DNA of 64,000 nucleotides from Pelagibacterales bacterium MED-G42. Lineage in GTDB: Bacteria; Pseudomonadota; Alphaproteobacteria; Pelagibacterales; Pelagibacteraceae. The DNA is taken from positions 7,188-71,187 of the forward strand of contig NTJL01000002.1 of the NCBI GenBank assembly GCA_002457485.1, written 5' to 3'. This document shows positions 8,917 through 19,844 of this stretch, one piece after another. The notes beneath the pieces were generated by a model. It did not search any database. It was not told the DNA's origin and saw only the letters and a list, made by a program, of their open reading frames with translations. Both the position numbers and the translations under genes were made by a program. Each line of letters begins with the position of its first letter. Position 1 is the first letter of the stretch.

Positions 8917-9381
8917 TTAATTCTCTGTATTTACTTCTTCATTTTTGTTATCAAATGCTGATACTAAAGTGTGCCAAGATAAAGTTGCACACTTTACTCG
9001 CATTGGATATTGTTTTACTCCTGATAAGCACATTAATTTTGTTTTTTCATCTTCGTCTAAATTTTCAGATTTAAGCTCAGGATTTTCTTTAATCATACCT
9101 AAAAAATCCTCAACAATTTCTTTAGCTTCATGCTCATTTTTTCCTTTAATTAAATCTGTCATAATAGATGCTGAAGCCATTGAAATAGCACACCCACTGC
9201 CTTCAAAAGAAATATCCTCAACTATTCTTTGTCCATTCAGTTTTAAATAAATATGAACGTTATCACCACATAAAGGATTGTGTCCCCTAGCGTCTTTATT
9301 AAAATCATCAGTCTTACCAAGATTTCTGGGATTTTTACCATGCTCTAATATTAGCTCTTGATATAATTCTTTTAAATTCAT
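8917..9381 (-). CDS. sufU: SufU/IscU-like sulfur-transfer or scaffold protein
   Basis: LYQELILEH, NPLCGD, GCAISMASAS, RVKCATL; has the SufU-type insertion between Cys2 and Cys3. Confidence 0.85.
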   Translation of the reverse strand: MNLKELYQELILEHGKNPRNLGKTDDFNKDARGHNPLCGDNVHIYLKLNGQRIVEDISFEGSGCAISMASASIMTDLIKGKNEHEAKEIVEDFLGMIKENPELKSENLDEDEKTKLMCLSGVKQYPMRVKCATLSWHTLVSAFDNKNEEVNTEN

Positions 9382-10598
9382 TTTAAATCAAATATTTTTT
9401 TACAATTATTTATTGCATCATTAAGTTTATCAAGATCTTCTTTAGTGTTATAAATTCCAACTGATGCCCTTGAACTTGCAGGTATATTTAATTTATCATG
9501 CAGTATCTGACAACAATGATGTCCTGCTCTTATTGCAACACCGTCCTCATCTAATATTGTTGCTACATCATGAGGATGAATACCTTCTATAGTAAAAGAT
9601 AAAACTCCACCTTTATTTTTTGGGTTACCAATTAACTTAACAGAATTATTTTTTTGTAATAACTCTTGTCCATATTCAACTAATTCTGCTTCATGTTTTA
9701 CTAAATTATCTATTCCAATGCTTTCTAAAAATTTAATAGATTGATCGAAAGCTATAACTTGAGCTGTTGCCATTGTTCCAGCTTCATATTTATTTGGTAA
9801 ATCACCATAAGAAATTCTATCTTTTTTAACTTCATTAATCATTCCACCACCACCCTGGTATGGTGGTAATTCTTCTAACCATTTTTTCTTGCCGTACAAA
9901 ACACCTAATCCAGTAGGGCCATACATTTTATGACAAGAAATTGCATAAAAATCACAATCTAAATCCTGCATATCCAATTTTAAATGCGGTGCTCCCTGAC
10001 AACCGTCAACTACAACAACTATACCTTTAGAATGGGCTAACTCTGTTATCTCTTTAATAGGCAATATAGCTCCAGTCACATTTGATAAATGAGTAATTGA
10101 GATTATCTTTGTTTTAGTAGTTATTTTTTTTTCAATTTCCTCTAAAGTAATTTCACCATCTTCATTGATTTCTGCAAAATTTATCTTAATATTTTTTGAT
10201 TTTCTTAAAAAATGCCATGGTACGTAATTAGAGTGATGTTCTAATTCAGTAATGAGTATTTCATCACCTTCTTTTAAATAATTTTGACCCAACGTATTTG
10301 CAACTAAATTTAGTGCCTCGGTAGCACCTTTTGTAAATACGATTTCATTTTTATCTTTTGCATTTATAAATCGTTGAACTGACACTCTTGTATTTTCATA
10401 TAAGTTTGTAGCAGCTACTGCCAGATAATGAACACTTCTACCTACATTAGAAAATTGTTTTGTATAAAATTCATTAATTCTATCAATTACAACTTTGGGT
10501 TTTTGTGAGGAATTAGCACTATCCAAGTAAACTAAATCATTATTTTGAATTTTTTCATCAAAAATTGGAAATTCTTTTTTAATTTTATCTATATTCAT
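9378..10598 (-). CDS. sufS: Cysteine desulfurase SufS
   Basis: YLDSANSSQKP, EHHSN, SCHKMYGPTG (PLP Lys), RAGHHC. Confidence 0.93.
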   Translation of the reverse strand: MNIDKIKKEFPIFDEKIQNNDLVYLDSANSSQKPKVVIDRINEFYTKQFSNVGRSVHYLAVAATNLYENTRVSVQRFINAKDKNEIVFTKGATEALNLVANTLGQNYLKEGDEILITELEHHSNYVPWHFLRKSKNIKINFAEINEDGEITLEEIEKKITTKTKIISITHLSNVTGAILPIKEITELAHSKGIVVVVDGCQGAPHLKLDMQDLDCDFYAISCHKMYGPTGLGVLYGKKKWLEELPPYQGGGGMINEVKKDRISYGDLPNKYEAGTMATAQVIAFDQSIKFLESIGIDNLVKHEAELVEYGQELLQKNNSVKLIGNPKNKGGVLSFTIEGIHPHDVATILDEDGVAIRAGHHCCQILHDKLNIPASSRASVGIYNTKEDLDKLNDAINNCKKIFDLK

Positions 10599-11842
10599 TC
10601 TTTAATTCCAATCATATTTTTAATTAAATTTTTTATTTCTGAGTCAGTTATTTTTTCAACTACATCAAGTAAAAAACCATTAATTAACAATTCTCTAGAC
10701 TGTTGATAATTTAGTCCTCTAGACATTAGATAAAATATAGAGTCTTCATTTAAACTACCTGAAGCTGAGCCATGTGAGCACTTTACATCATCAGCATAAA
10801 TTTCTAATTCTGGCTTAGCATTAAATTCTGAATTTTCATTTAGTAATATTGCTTTACTAAGTTGGTATCCATCAGTTTTCTGAGCATCGGAATTTACAAA
10901 TATTTTTCCCTGATATACTGCTTTTGAATCACCTTCTAAGACACTTTTAACTAATTGATAGCTTTTTGTATTCTCAGTTAAATGATTTATTATTGATCTA
11001 ATTTCATGATGTTTATTATTATTAAGAGAGAAAATACCATTCACAAATGCTGAAGAATATTTACCCCTTAAATTGCAATTAATTTCGTTTTTAAAAAATT
11101 TTGATCCTGAAGATAAAATAAATGTTTCTGAAATACTATTCTTTTCCTGATCAATATTATTAAAAGAATATTTGATATTTCTATTTTCAAATTTATCAAC
11201 TTTATAATTCTTTAAAATAGCATTTTCTTTTAAATTAAAATTATAAAAAATATTCAAAAAATTTTTTTCAGAGGTATCATTAAATAAGTCAATTAGTCTT
11301 AAAGAACTATTTTTTTCAATCTCAAAATCTAATCTTAAATTTATATTTTTTGACCAAATATTAGAGTTAGTTGTGTGATAAATAATAAGTGGTTTTTTTA
11401 ATTGATAGCCTTGTTTAACCAATATTTTAAAGGATTTATTAGTAAAAGCGGTATTTAAATCTAATAAAGAATTATTGTTATTAAATCTATTAGTTGTCTC
11501 TGATTGATCAATTATTTCAATTTGATTTTTTTCTTCATAATCAAAATCAATTTTTTCGATTCTGCCATTTATAAAAACTATTTTATTGTGCTCTAGTCCA
11601 TCTACGAATACAGACGTATCTACTTTATTAGTAGACGTATAATCGCTATAAAAACTTAGTTCTCCAATATTCTTTTTTATTATCTGATTAAGATCTGAGA
11701 ATTTCCAATCTTCTTCTTTTCGATTTGGAAAGCCCCTACTAATAAAGTTATCTAAATAAAGTTTTTTTATTTCAATATCTTTTTGAGACAAACTTAAATT
11801 TTTAACAATATTGTCGAAATCTTTTTGTAGTTGTTCTTTCAT
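10595..11842 (-). CDS. sufD: Fe-S cluster assembly protein SufD
   Basis: EDWKFSD, KPELEIYADDVKCSHG, FYLMSRG. Confidence 0.92.
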   Translation of the reverse strand: MKEQLQKDFDNIVKNLSLSQKDIEIKKLYLDNFISRGFPNRKEEDWKFSDLNQIIKKNIGELSFYSDYTSTNKVDTSVFVDGLEHNKIVFINGRIEKIDFDYEEKNQIEIIDQSETTNRFNNNNSLLDLNTAFTNKSFKILVKQGYQLKKPLIIYHTTNSNIWSKNINLRLDFEIEKNSSLRLIDLFNDTSEKNFLNIFYNFNLKENAILKNYKVDKFENRNIKYSFNNIDQEKNSISETFILSSGSKFFKNEINCNLRGKYSSAFVNGIFSLNNNKHHEIRSIINHLTENTKSYQLVKSVLEGDSKAVYQGKIFVNSDAQKTDGYQLSKAILLNENSEFNAKPELEIYADDVKCSHGSASGSLNEDSIFYLMSRGLNYQQSRELLINGFLLDVVEKITDSEIKNLIKNMIGIKE

Positions 11843-12577
11843 CTAATTAAAATTTTCGTATCCTTTTTGTTCTAATTCTATGGCTAACTCTGCTCCTCCA
11901 GATTTTATAATTTTTCCATTTATTAAAACATGAACAAAATCAGGTTTGATATAATCTAATAATCTTTGATAGTGGGTAATTATTAAAAATGAATTATTTT
12001 CATTTCTTAATAGGTTAACCCCGTCTGCTACTATTTTTAAAGCATCTATGTCCAGCCCTGAGTCTGTTTCATCTAATATAGATAATTTAGGGGCTAACAT
12101 TGACATTTGTAAAATTTCATTTTTCTTTTTTTCTCCACCTGAAAAACCAACATTCAATTGCCTATTCAATTTTTCTTCGTCAAATTTAAGTTGTTTGGAC
12201 TTTTCTTTTACCAACTTTAAAAATTCTATAGCATCAAGTTCTTTTTCTCCTCTAGCTTTTCTAACAGCATTCAAAGAAGTTTTTAAAAATATATTTGTAT
12301 TAACGCCTGGTATTTCTAAAGGATATTGAAAAGCTAAAAAAATACCTTTATGTGCTCTTTCTTCTGTTTCAAGTTCAAATAAATCTTTATCTTCAAAAAG
12401 AATTTCACCCGAAACTTCATATCCTTTTTTTCCTGATAAAATATTTGATAATGTACTTTTGCCTGATCCATTTGGGCCCATTATAGCATGAACTTCTCCA
12501 GGATTTATGTTAAGAGAAAATTCCTTTAAAATTTCCTTATTATCTATCTTTGCGTTTAATTTATTTATTTTTAACAT
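11843..12577 (-). CDS. sufC: Fe-S cluster assembly ATPase SufC
   Basis: MGPNGSGKST, FQYP, GFSGGEKK, LDETDSGLD, ITHYQRLL. Confidence 0.95.
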   Translation of the reverse strand: MLKINKLNAKIDNKEILKEFSLNINPGEVHAIMGPNGSGKSTLSNILSGKKGYEVSGEILFEDKDLFELETEERAHKGIFLAFQYPLEIPGVNTNIFLKTSLNAVRKARGEKELDAIEFLKLVKEKSKQLKFDEEKLNRQLNVGFSGGEKKKNEILQMSMLAPKLSILDETDSGLDIDALKIVADGVNLLRNENNSFLIITHYQRLLDYIKPDFVHVLINGKIIKSGGAELAIELEQKGYENFN

Positions 12578-14019
12578 TAACCCACACTTCCTTCTAGACT
12601 AATTCCAACTAATTTTTGAGCTTCAACCGCAAATTCCATCGGCAGTTGCTGTAAAACTTCCTTACAAAAACCATTTACAATTAGCCCTACAGCTTCTTCA
12701 GCACTCAAGCCTCTTTGTTGACAGTAGTGTAATTGCTCATCACTAATTTTTGATGTTGTCGCTTCGTGCGCAATATTTGACTCTGAATTTTTATTTTTAA
12801 TATATGGGATTGTATGTGCTCCACATTTATTACCCATTAACAATGAGTCACATTGAGTATAATTGTTAGAATTTGTAGCTTTTGATGAAATATCTACTAG
12901 TCCTCTATAAGTCATATCAGAAAAACCAGCACTTATTCCTTTTGAGATAATTTTACTTTTTGTATTTTTGCCTAAATGGATCATTTTAGTTCCTGTGTCT
13001 GCTTTTTGATGATTATTTGTTATTGCTATAGAATAAAATTCTCCAACAGAATTATCACCTCTTAAAATACAACTTGGATATTTCCAAGTAATAGCTGATC
13101 CTGTTTCAACTTGAGTCCAAGAAATTTTAGAATTTTTACCTTTACATAATCCTCTCTTTGTTACAAAATTATATATTCCGCCTTTACCATCCTTATCTCC
13201 TGGATACCAGTTTTGAACAGTAGAATATTTTATTTCTGCATTATCAAGTGCAATTAATTCTACATTAGCTGCATGAAGTTGATTTTCATCACGCATAGGT
13301 GCTGTACAGCCTTCCAAGTAACTTACATAACTACCTTTATCAGCAACAATTAAAGTCCTTTCAAACTGGCCAGTATTTGAAGCGTTTATTCTAAAATAAG
13401 TTGATAATTCCATTGGACATCTTACACCCTCTGGTATGTATGCAAATGAGCCATCGGTAAAAACTGCTGAATTAAGTGTAGCAAAAAAGTGGTCTGTTGT
13501 AGGAATTACAGATCCTAAATATTTTTTTACTAGTTCTGGATGATTTTGAATTGCTTCAGATATTGGACAAAATATAATTCCATGTTTTGTAAGCTCTTCT
13601 CTAAACGTTGTAGCAACTGAAACAGAGTCAAATACAGCATCTACAGCAATCCCATTTAATCTAGCTTGTTCTTGAAGAGGAATACCAAGTTTTTTATACG
13701 TCTCTAATAATTTAGGATCAAGTTCATCTAGACTTTTAGGTTTATCATCCATACTTTTTGGAGCTGAATAATAATATAAATCTTGATAATCTATTTTAGG
13801 ATACTTTGGTTTTTGCCAATCAGGCTCTTTTAACTGCTTAAATCTTTCAAATGCTTTCAATCTAAATTCAAGCATCCATTTGGGTTCTTTTTTAATATTA
13901 GAAATAAATTTAATTATATCTTCATTTAATCCTTTTGGAGCTGTTGTATTTTCAATATCAGTTGAAAAACCATACTTATAATCTTTTAAATTATCAATTT
14001 CTTTTTGTCTGTTATCCAT
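12577..14019 (-). CDS. sufB: Fe-S cluster assembly protein SufB
   Basis: [37 protein letters not shown]. Confidence 0.96.
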   Translation of the reverse strand: MDNRQKEIDNLKDYKYGFSTDIENTTAPKGLNEDIIKFISNIKKEPKWMLEFRLKAFERFKQLKEPDWQKPKYPKIDYQDLYYYSAPKSMDDKPKSLDELDPKLLETYKKLGIPLQEQARLNGIAVDAVFDSVSVATTFREELTKHGIIFCPISEAIQNHPELVKKYLGSVIPTTDHFFATLNSAVFTDGSFAYIPEGVRCPMELSTYFRINASNTGQFERTLIVADKGSYVSYLEGCTAPMRDENQLHAANVELIALDNAEIKYSTVQNWYPGDKDGKGGIYNFVTKRGLCKGKNSKISWTQVETGSAITWKYPSCILRGDNSVGEFYSIAITNNHQKADTGTKMIHLGKNTKSKIISKGISAGFSDMTYRGLVDISSKATNSNNYTQCDSLLMGNKCGAHTIPYIKNKNSESNIAHEATTSKISDEQLHYCQQRGLSAEEAVGLIVNGFCKEVLQQLPMEFAVEAQKLVGISLEGSVG

Positions 14020-14020
14020 T

Positions 14021-14446
14021 TTAAATTCTCTGTTCTGATTTGTTTTTTAATAAATCTTCTAAACTTTTTTTTTCAAAAAAAGTATTAATATGTGTTTCTA
14101 ATTCATCCCAAAGATCATGGGTTATACATTTTGATGCTTTTCCATTACATCCCTTTTTTGACTCTTTATTACATTTTACAGTTTTTACTTTTTCATCTAC
14201 AGCATGAAAAATATTGTTAAGCTTTATCTCATTTGGCTTTTTAGAGAGAACATATCCTCCTTGTGTTCCTCTAATACTTTTTACAATTTGGTTCTTTCTA
14301 AGTTTGGAAAAAATTTGTTCTAAATAATCCAAAGAAATACCTTGTCTTAAAGATATGTCTCTCAGCGAAACAGGATTAATATTATCAAACCTGGCTAAAT
14401 CAATTAATGCCATTACAGCGTATCTTCCTTTAGATGTTAATTTCAT
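14021..14446 (-). CDS. iscR: Rrf2 family regulator IscR
   Basis: [21 protein letters not shown]; 2Fe-2S ligands C..C..C.THDLW intact. Confidence 0.88.
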   Translation of the reverse strand: MKLTSKGRYAVMALIDLARFDNINPVSLRDISLRQGISLDYLEQIFSKLRKNQIVKSIRGTQGGYVLSKKPNEIKLNNIFHAVDEKVKTVKCNKESKKGCNGKASKCITHDLWDELETHINTFFEKKSLEDLLKNKSEQRI

Positions 14447-14475
14447 ATTACCCTTAATTTTTGGGCTTTTTATAC

Positions 14476-14500
14476 ATACCTGACTTAATTGGTCAAGTAT
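14476..14500. promoter_or_regulatory. IscR type-1 binding site
   Basis: ATACCTGACTTAATTGGTCAAGTAT versus consensus ATASYYGACTRWWWYAGTCRRSTAT (2 mismatches), 30 nt upstream of iscR. Confidence 0.8.
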
Positions 14501-14582
14501 ACTTTACAAAAAAAAGTTAACATTTTGTCGCTTAGTTGTGATAAACGTACATTTTTTTTGAGAACAATAATCAATAGCATAT

Positions 14583-15239
14583 ATGGAAAATAAAATTTTA
14601 GAAATATTTATTCCAGGACCAGCAGGTAGGTTGGAAGCTAAGTATTTCAAAAGTAAAAAAAATACTTCTCCAATTGCTTTAGTTCTTCAACCTCACCCTC
14701 AGTATGGTGGTACTATGAATAACAAAGTAGTCGTAGATACATTTAATACATTTATGGAAAATGATTTTTCAGTTTGTAGAGTAAATTTTCGTGGTGTTGG
14801 AAAAAGCGATGGTGAATTTGATAATGGACAAGGAGAACTTGCAGATGCAGCCGCAGCTTTAGATTGGTTAGAGAGAGAAAACTTTGACAATTCACAATGC
14901 TGGGTTTCTGGTTTTTCATTTGGTTCTCTAATTGCAATGCAATTATTAATGAGAAGACCAGAAATAAACAGATTTATTGCAATTTCACCACAACCTAATG
15001 TTTATGACTTTTCATTTTTATCTCCATGTCCTACATCCGGTTTAATGATTTATGGAAAAAAAGATGAACTAGTTCCATTAGAATTCATCAATGAATTATA
15101 TGATAAGTTAAGTGCGCAGAAAGGAATTAAAGTTGACTTTCAATCTATAAATGAGGCAAATCATTTTTTTTCAAAAAATACAGAAGGTCTTTTGAAAAAT
15201 CTAGATAAATATATTAAAAAAGAAACAGCTCTATATTAA
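14583..15239 (+). CDS. Alpha/beta hydrolase (conserved alphaproteobacterial family, divergent from iscR)
   Basis: GPAGRLE, PHPQYGGTMNN, NFRGVG, nucleophile elbow GFSFG, ANHFF. Confidence 0.88.
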   Translation: MENKILEIFIPGPAGRLEAKYFKSKKNTSPIALVLQPHPQYGGTMNNKVVVDTFNTFMENDFSVCRVNFRGVGKSDGEFDNGQGELADAAAALDWLERENFDNSQCWVSGFSFGSLIAMQLLMRRPEINRFIAISPQPNVYDFSFLSPCPTSGLMIYGKKDELVPLEFINELYDKLSAQKGIKVDFQSINEANHFFSKNTEGLLKNLDKYIKKETALY

Positions 15240-16390
15240 AAATGCTTTATCACCTTTCCACCTGACACAGATATTTTGCATCCTGTAGTATTTGGGAAAG
15301 TTATTGGTAAATCCAAAAAAGATCTTATCGCAAGATAACCGAAAGCTTGAGACTCTATAAAATCACCGTTAAAGTTATATCTATCAATTAGTTCAATATC
15401 TATATTCTTATAATCTATTAAGTTTTTTTTAATACTATCAATTAAAAAATTATTTTTTCTCCCACCTCCACTTATTAAATATTTAGTTTTATTATTTTTG
15501 TTAAATTTATTTGCATACTCAATTCCTTTTACAATCAAATGAGTAGTATAACTTGTAATAGTAGCACTTCCATTTTCTAAAGAAAGTCCTTTAGCAAAAG
15601 AAATATCAAAATTTTTTATATCTAAAGACTTATCATAAGAATCAATACTAAAATTTTCTATTGCTTGATTTAAAATTAAACTATCAACAGTTCCAGATTT
15701 TCCAATCTGTCCCTTATCATCATACTTATATTTAGAATTTTTTTTAATCCATAGATCTATTAAGCAGTTACCGGGTCCTATATCAAAAGCTTTTAACTTT
15801 TCTGTTTTAAGATCATTATCCTCTGTAATTGTAATATTTGAAATTCCTCCGATATTTAAAAAGCAAATTGGATATTTAACTTTATTTTTTTTATTTAAAA
15901 TTTTAGATAAAAGATTATGAAAAATTGGTACTAAAGGAGCACCCTGTCCTCCGTTAGCCAAATCATTCTGTCTAAAATCATAAACAACTTTTTTTTTTGT
16001 CAATTGAGATAGTAATTTTCCATCACCAATTTGTTTTGAAACACCAATATTGGGTTCGTGAAATATAGTTTGTCCATGAAAACCTATTAAATCAATTTTA
16101 TTCTGGTATTTTTCACTAATTTTATTAACAATTTTACTATGAAAAATTGTTAATTCTCTTTCCAATTGATTTACATCTTTAGAATATTTATGCAAATCAT
16201 CTTCGTTAAAAATTAAACTTCTTAATTTAATTAGTTTTTGATAAAGCTCATTATCAAATTTATAATAATCATCTAAAATATTTGTATACTCATTCAATCC
16301 ATCAGACTTAATTAATGAGGCATCTATACCATCCATTGATGTACCACTCATTAAACCAATAGCGGTATATAAATTTTTTTTCATTATCAT
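15236..16390 (-). CDS. anmK: Anhydro-N-acetylmuramic acid kinase
   Basis: IGLMSGTSMDGID, GFHGQT, GGQGAPLVP, LNIGGISN, FDIGPGN. Confidence 0.93.
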   Translation of the reverse strand: MIMKKNLYTAIGLMSGTSMDGIDASLIKSDGLNEYTNILDDYYKFDNELYQKLIKLRSLIFNEDDLHKYSKDVNQLERELTIFHSKIVNKISEKYQNKIDLIGFHGQTIFHEPNIGVSKQIGDGKLLSQLTKKKVVYDFRQNDLANGGQGAPLVPIFHNLLSKILNKKNKVKYPICFLNIGGISNITITEDNDLKTEKLKAFDIGPGNCLIDLWIKKNSKYKYDDKGQIGKSGTVDSLILNQAIENFSIDSYDKSLDIKNFDISFAKGLSLENGSATITSYTTHLIVKGIEYANKFNKNNKTKYLISGGGRKNNFLIDSIKKNLIDYKNIDIELIDRYNFNGDFIESQAFGYLAIRSFLDLPITFPNTTGCKISVSGGKVIKHF

Positions 16391-16431
16391 TTTTTTTTAT
16401 CAAAATTTGTATATTGTACAATAATAAGCTT

Positions 16432-17661
16432 ATGAATAAATTTTTAAAAGAATTTAAAGATAGAGGTTTTTTTTATCAATGTACTAATGAGAAAGAATTA
16501 TCTAACTTACTAGAAAAAAAGAAAATTAAAGCTTATATAGGATTTGATTGTACTGCAGAAAGTTTACATGTTGGTAGTTTACTACAAATAATGTGTTTAA
16601 GATTGCTTCAAAAATATGGACATCGTCCAATAGTTCTGCTTGGAGGAGGTACAACAAGAATTGGTGATCCATCAGGAAAAGACAAAACAAGAATAATTCT
16701 TGGAGAAAGTAAGATTGAAAAGAATATTAAAAATATTAAAAAAATCCTAAAAAAATTTTTAGATAATGAAAATTCTGATACTAAACCAATTTTTGTTAAT
16801 AATTATACCTGGTTAAAAAATTTGAATTATATATCTTTTCTAAGAGATATAGGAAAACATTTTACAATCAATAAGATGTTAACATTTGAAAGTGTGAAAA
16901 CCAGATTAGATAGAGAACAATCTTTAAGTTATATGGAGTTTAATTATATGATTTTACAAGCATATGATTTTTTAGAATTAAATAAAAAAGAAAATTGTAT
17001 TTTACAAATTGGTGGATCTGATCAATGGGGAAATATTGTTAACGGGGTAGAATTGATTAAGAGATATTCTAATAATCAAAGTTTTGGTCTAACAACCCCA
17101 CTTATAACTCTAGCTAGTGGAGCAAAAATGGGAAAAACCGAAAATGGAGCAATATGGTTAGATGAAAAGTATCTTTCTCCATATAATTATTGGCAGTTTT
17201 GGAGAAACGTAGATGATAGAGACGTGCTTAAATTTTTAAATTTTTTCACTGAAATTCAGATTTCTGAAATTGAAAAATTAAAAAATAATAATATTAATGA
17301 CTTAAAAATTTTACTTGCAAATAAAGCTACTGAAATGCTTCATGGAAAGAATGCAGCTAAAAACTCAGAAATAACTGCTAAAGAAGTCTTCTCTGATAAT
17401 TCCTCGGGTTCGAAACTTCCTTCAATCAATATAAAATGGAATGAGAATGAAAAAAAAATGAATATAGTTGATCTAGTTTTTTTATCTCAATTAGAAAATT
17501 CAAAAAGTGAAGTAAGAAGATTGATCAAAGGTAATGCAATAAAAATAAATAATAAAGTTATTAATGATGAAAAATTAATATTAGATAAAAATAATTTTAG
17601 TAAGAAATATCTTAAACTTTCAATTGGAAAAAAAAGACATATCAAAATAAAATTTAATTAA
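16432..17661 (+). CDS. tyrS: Tyrosine--tRNA ligase
   Basis: GFDCTAESLHVG, QIGGSDQWGNI, KMGKT; start moved to ATG 16432. Confidence 0.95.
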   Translation: MNKFLKEFKDRGFFYQCTNEKELSNLLEKKKIKAYIGFDCTAESLHVGSLLQIMCLRLLQKYGHRPIVLLGGGTTRIGDPSGKDKTRIILGESKIEKNIKNIKKILKKFLDNENSDTKPIFVNNYTWLKNLNYISFLRDIGKHFTINKMLTFESVKTRLDREQSLSYMEFNYMILQAYDFLELNKKENCILQIGGSDQWGNIVNGVELIKRYSNNQSFGLTTPLITLASGAKMGKTENGAIWLDEKYLSPYNYWQFWRNVDDRDVLKFLNFFTEIQISEIEKLKNNNINDLKILLANKATEMLHGKNAAKNSEITAKEVFSDNSSGSKLPSINIKWNENEKKMNIVDLVFLSQLENSKSEVRRLIKGNAIKINNKVINDEKLILDKNNFSKKYLKLSIGKKRHIKIKFN

Positions 17662-19844
17662 TTCTTTTTTAATTTTTCTAATGTTCTAGTAATAAATCTT
17701 GGTGTTAGAGTTTTTAAAGGATTAACCGTAGTTTCTAAATTTTTTGGATGTCCCTTAATTTTAAAACTTACACCAAAAACTCCCTCTCCAACCTGAGAAC
17801 CAACAAGAATCTTTCCTAAAAATGGAATGGATCCAATCGTTTTATTAATTGTAGTTGCTGGTACAAGAGTTCCTCTAAGACTTACAAGTTCATCTTTTAC
17901 AATATACCCACTCATTAATATAGAAATTGCGGGTCCTATAGCATACAACTCGGTAATGTTAACCGTACTACCATCACTATCAAAATTCATTTCCAACTCG
18001 TTAAATCGTATACCTTCGCCAGTTAAAATGTCTGCAATACCCTGAAGTGAGGCTAAAGTTAAAAGTTTTGTTAAAGATGGAAGTTCTTGAAGTTTAAAAT
18101 CTAAAATTTTAAGTGTTGAGTTAGATTTGTTATTTATTTCTTCTGAAAAAAATTCTAACTCTCCCTCTTCAAAGCCCTTGATAAAATTATATCTTTTGAC
18201 TAAAGGCACTGCCTTTCCTGAAAATAAAGTTGTAATTATTTGATCATTATTAGATTTAATAGATAAAATAAATTTTTCATTATTTAAAAACTGAGATTTG
18301 ATATCAAGGAATTTAACTTTATTATCTTTAATACTTAAACTCCCATTTAAGTTATTTAGATAATTATCCTTATCTAGATAAGTTTGATCTATTTTTAGAT
18401 TAAGATCAAAATCTTTTTTAAATAACTTATTTTTACTATTGTCACTATCAAGTACTTTTGTAATTAAATTATCTGCATTAAATGACGTGCCACTAAGATT
18501 GTAGGTGTCTCCATTTCTTGAGATTTTTAAAGAGTTTTTAACATCATCATAATCAAAAAAATCTAAATTTATTTTATCAATTTTTATAATTTTTAAATGT
18601 GAGTCTAAGAAAATATTTTTTAAATAAATTTGATTATTATTTTCTTTTATTTCAATTATTTTAAAAATTAATTCATTATCATTTTTTATACCTTCAATTT
18701 TTATATTGGCTTGATTCATAATATCTTTTTTAAAGTTTAAAAATTCTATATTTAATGGATTTTGACTTAATTCAAGTATTGTTTTAAATTTGAAAGATTT
18801 ATCTTTATTATCAAAAGAATATTTAATTTTATCAATTTCATTTTGTAATAAAATATCACCATTACCCTCAATATTATAAAAATTATTATTTAAATAAAAA
18901 TTTATATTGTGATTTTTCAAATAAATTTCATTCTTTATTTCAGGAAAAAAATATTTTCCTTTTTTTTTGTTTTCAAATATTAAATTTTCTATTTTTACTT
19001 TAGAATCAAGAAATAAATTTTTTATCTTAAACTTATCATTTATTTTAAATGAGAAATTATTTTCTGAGCTAAAATTTATTTTTTTAATTGTAAACTTTTT
19101 TTCATGTAAATTTATTATTTTTGAAATTTGATCTTTATCTAATTCTAAAATTCTATTTTTAACTGAACCCTCAATAAAAATATCATCTATTTTTTTTACT
19201 AAAGATATTTTATCAGAAAAAAAATCTAATTCATTAATTGAGAACTTAACATCTTGAAGATTATAAATTTTATTTTTAATTTCAAAAAGAAAATGAATTT
19301 GATTTAGGTCGTATTCTTTTAACAAATCAATTTTGCCATCTTTTAAATAACCATTTATTTCATAATTGTTTTTTATTTTTCCATTCTTATCAAAATTAAT
19401 TTTAATATCGGCGATTAAATAACCTTTTTTAATTTTATTTTTTAGAATGTATATTTCTGGTGAACTTCTGACTGTTTCTATTAAATTTATTAGATTGTTA
19501 ATTTTTATTGATTTCGTCGAAATATCAAGGTTTTGTATTAAATATTCTTTTTTAAAAAACGATTTAATTGAAATTTGGGTCTTAATAGTCTCAATATCAA
19601 TAACTTTTCCACTATAAATTATTTTTGGGTTATGTGTTCTTGCCTCAATAATTAGCTTTTTTATATTTAAATATAAATGAACTTTATTAATTTCTACATT
19701 AAGGTTTTTATCAAATTTATTTACGATATTGTTAATTTGACTGTTAAAACTGTCTGTTTTTATTCCAAAAACTGAGACATAACCAATCGAAATAATGGTA
19801 ACTATTAAAATTAAAAATGATAAATATAAAACAAATTTTTTCAT
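17658..19844 (-). CDS. AsmA-like/YhdP (DUF3971) envelope lipid-bridge protein
   Basis: N-terminal TM anchor, long beta-rich body, AsmA_2-type C-terminus (LRGTLVP...IPFLGKIL.G...GVFGVSFKIKG...VNPLKTLTP); position next to tyrS. Confidence 0.7.
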   Translation of the reverse strand: MKKFVLYLSFLILIVTIISIGYVSVFGIKTDSFNSQINNIVNKFDKNLNVEINKVHLYLNIKKLIIEARTHNPKIIYSGKVIDIETIKTQISIKSFFKKEYLIQNLDISTKSIKINNLINLIETVRSSPEIYILKNKIKKGYLIADIKINFDKNGKIKNNYEINGYLKDGKIDLLKEYDLNQIHFLFEIKNKIYNLQDVKFSINELDFFSDKISLVKKIDDIFIEGSVKNRILELDKDQISKIINLHEKKFTIKKINFSSENNFSFKINDKFKIKNLFLDSKVKIENLIFENKKKGKYFFPEIKNEIYLKNHNINFYLNNNFYNIEGNGDILLQNEIDKIKYSFDNKDKSFKFKTILELSQNPLNIEFLNFKKDIMNQANIKIEGIKNDNELIFKIIEIKENNNQIYLKNIFLDSHLKIIKIDKINLDFFDYDDVKNSLKISRNGDTYNLSGTSFNADNLITKVLDSDNSKNKLFKKDFDLNLKIDQTYLDKDNYLNNLNGSLSIKDNKVKFLDIKSQFLNNEKFILSIKSNNDQIITTLFSGKAVPLVKRYNFIKGFEEGELEFFSEEINNKSNSTLKILDFKLQELPSLTKLLTLASLQGIADILTGEGIRFNELEMNFDSDGSTVNITELYAIGPAISILMSGYIVKDELVSLRGTLVPATTINKTIGSIPFLGKILVGSQVGEGVFGVSFKIKGHPKNLETTVNPLKTLTPRFITRTLEKLKKN

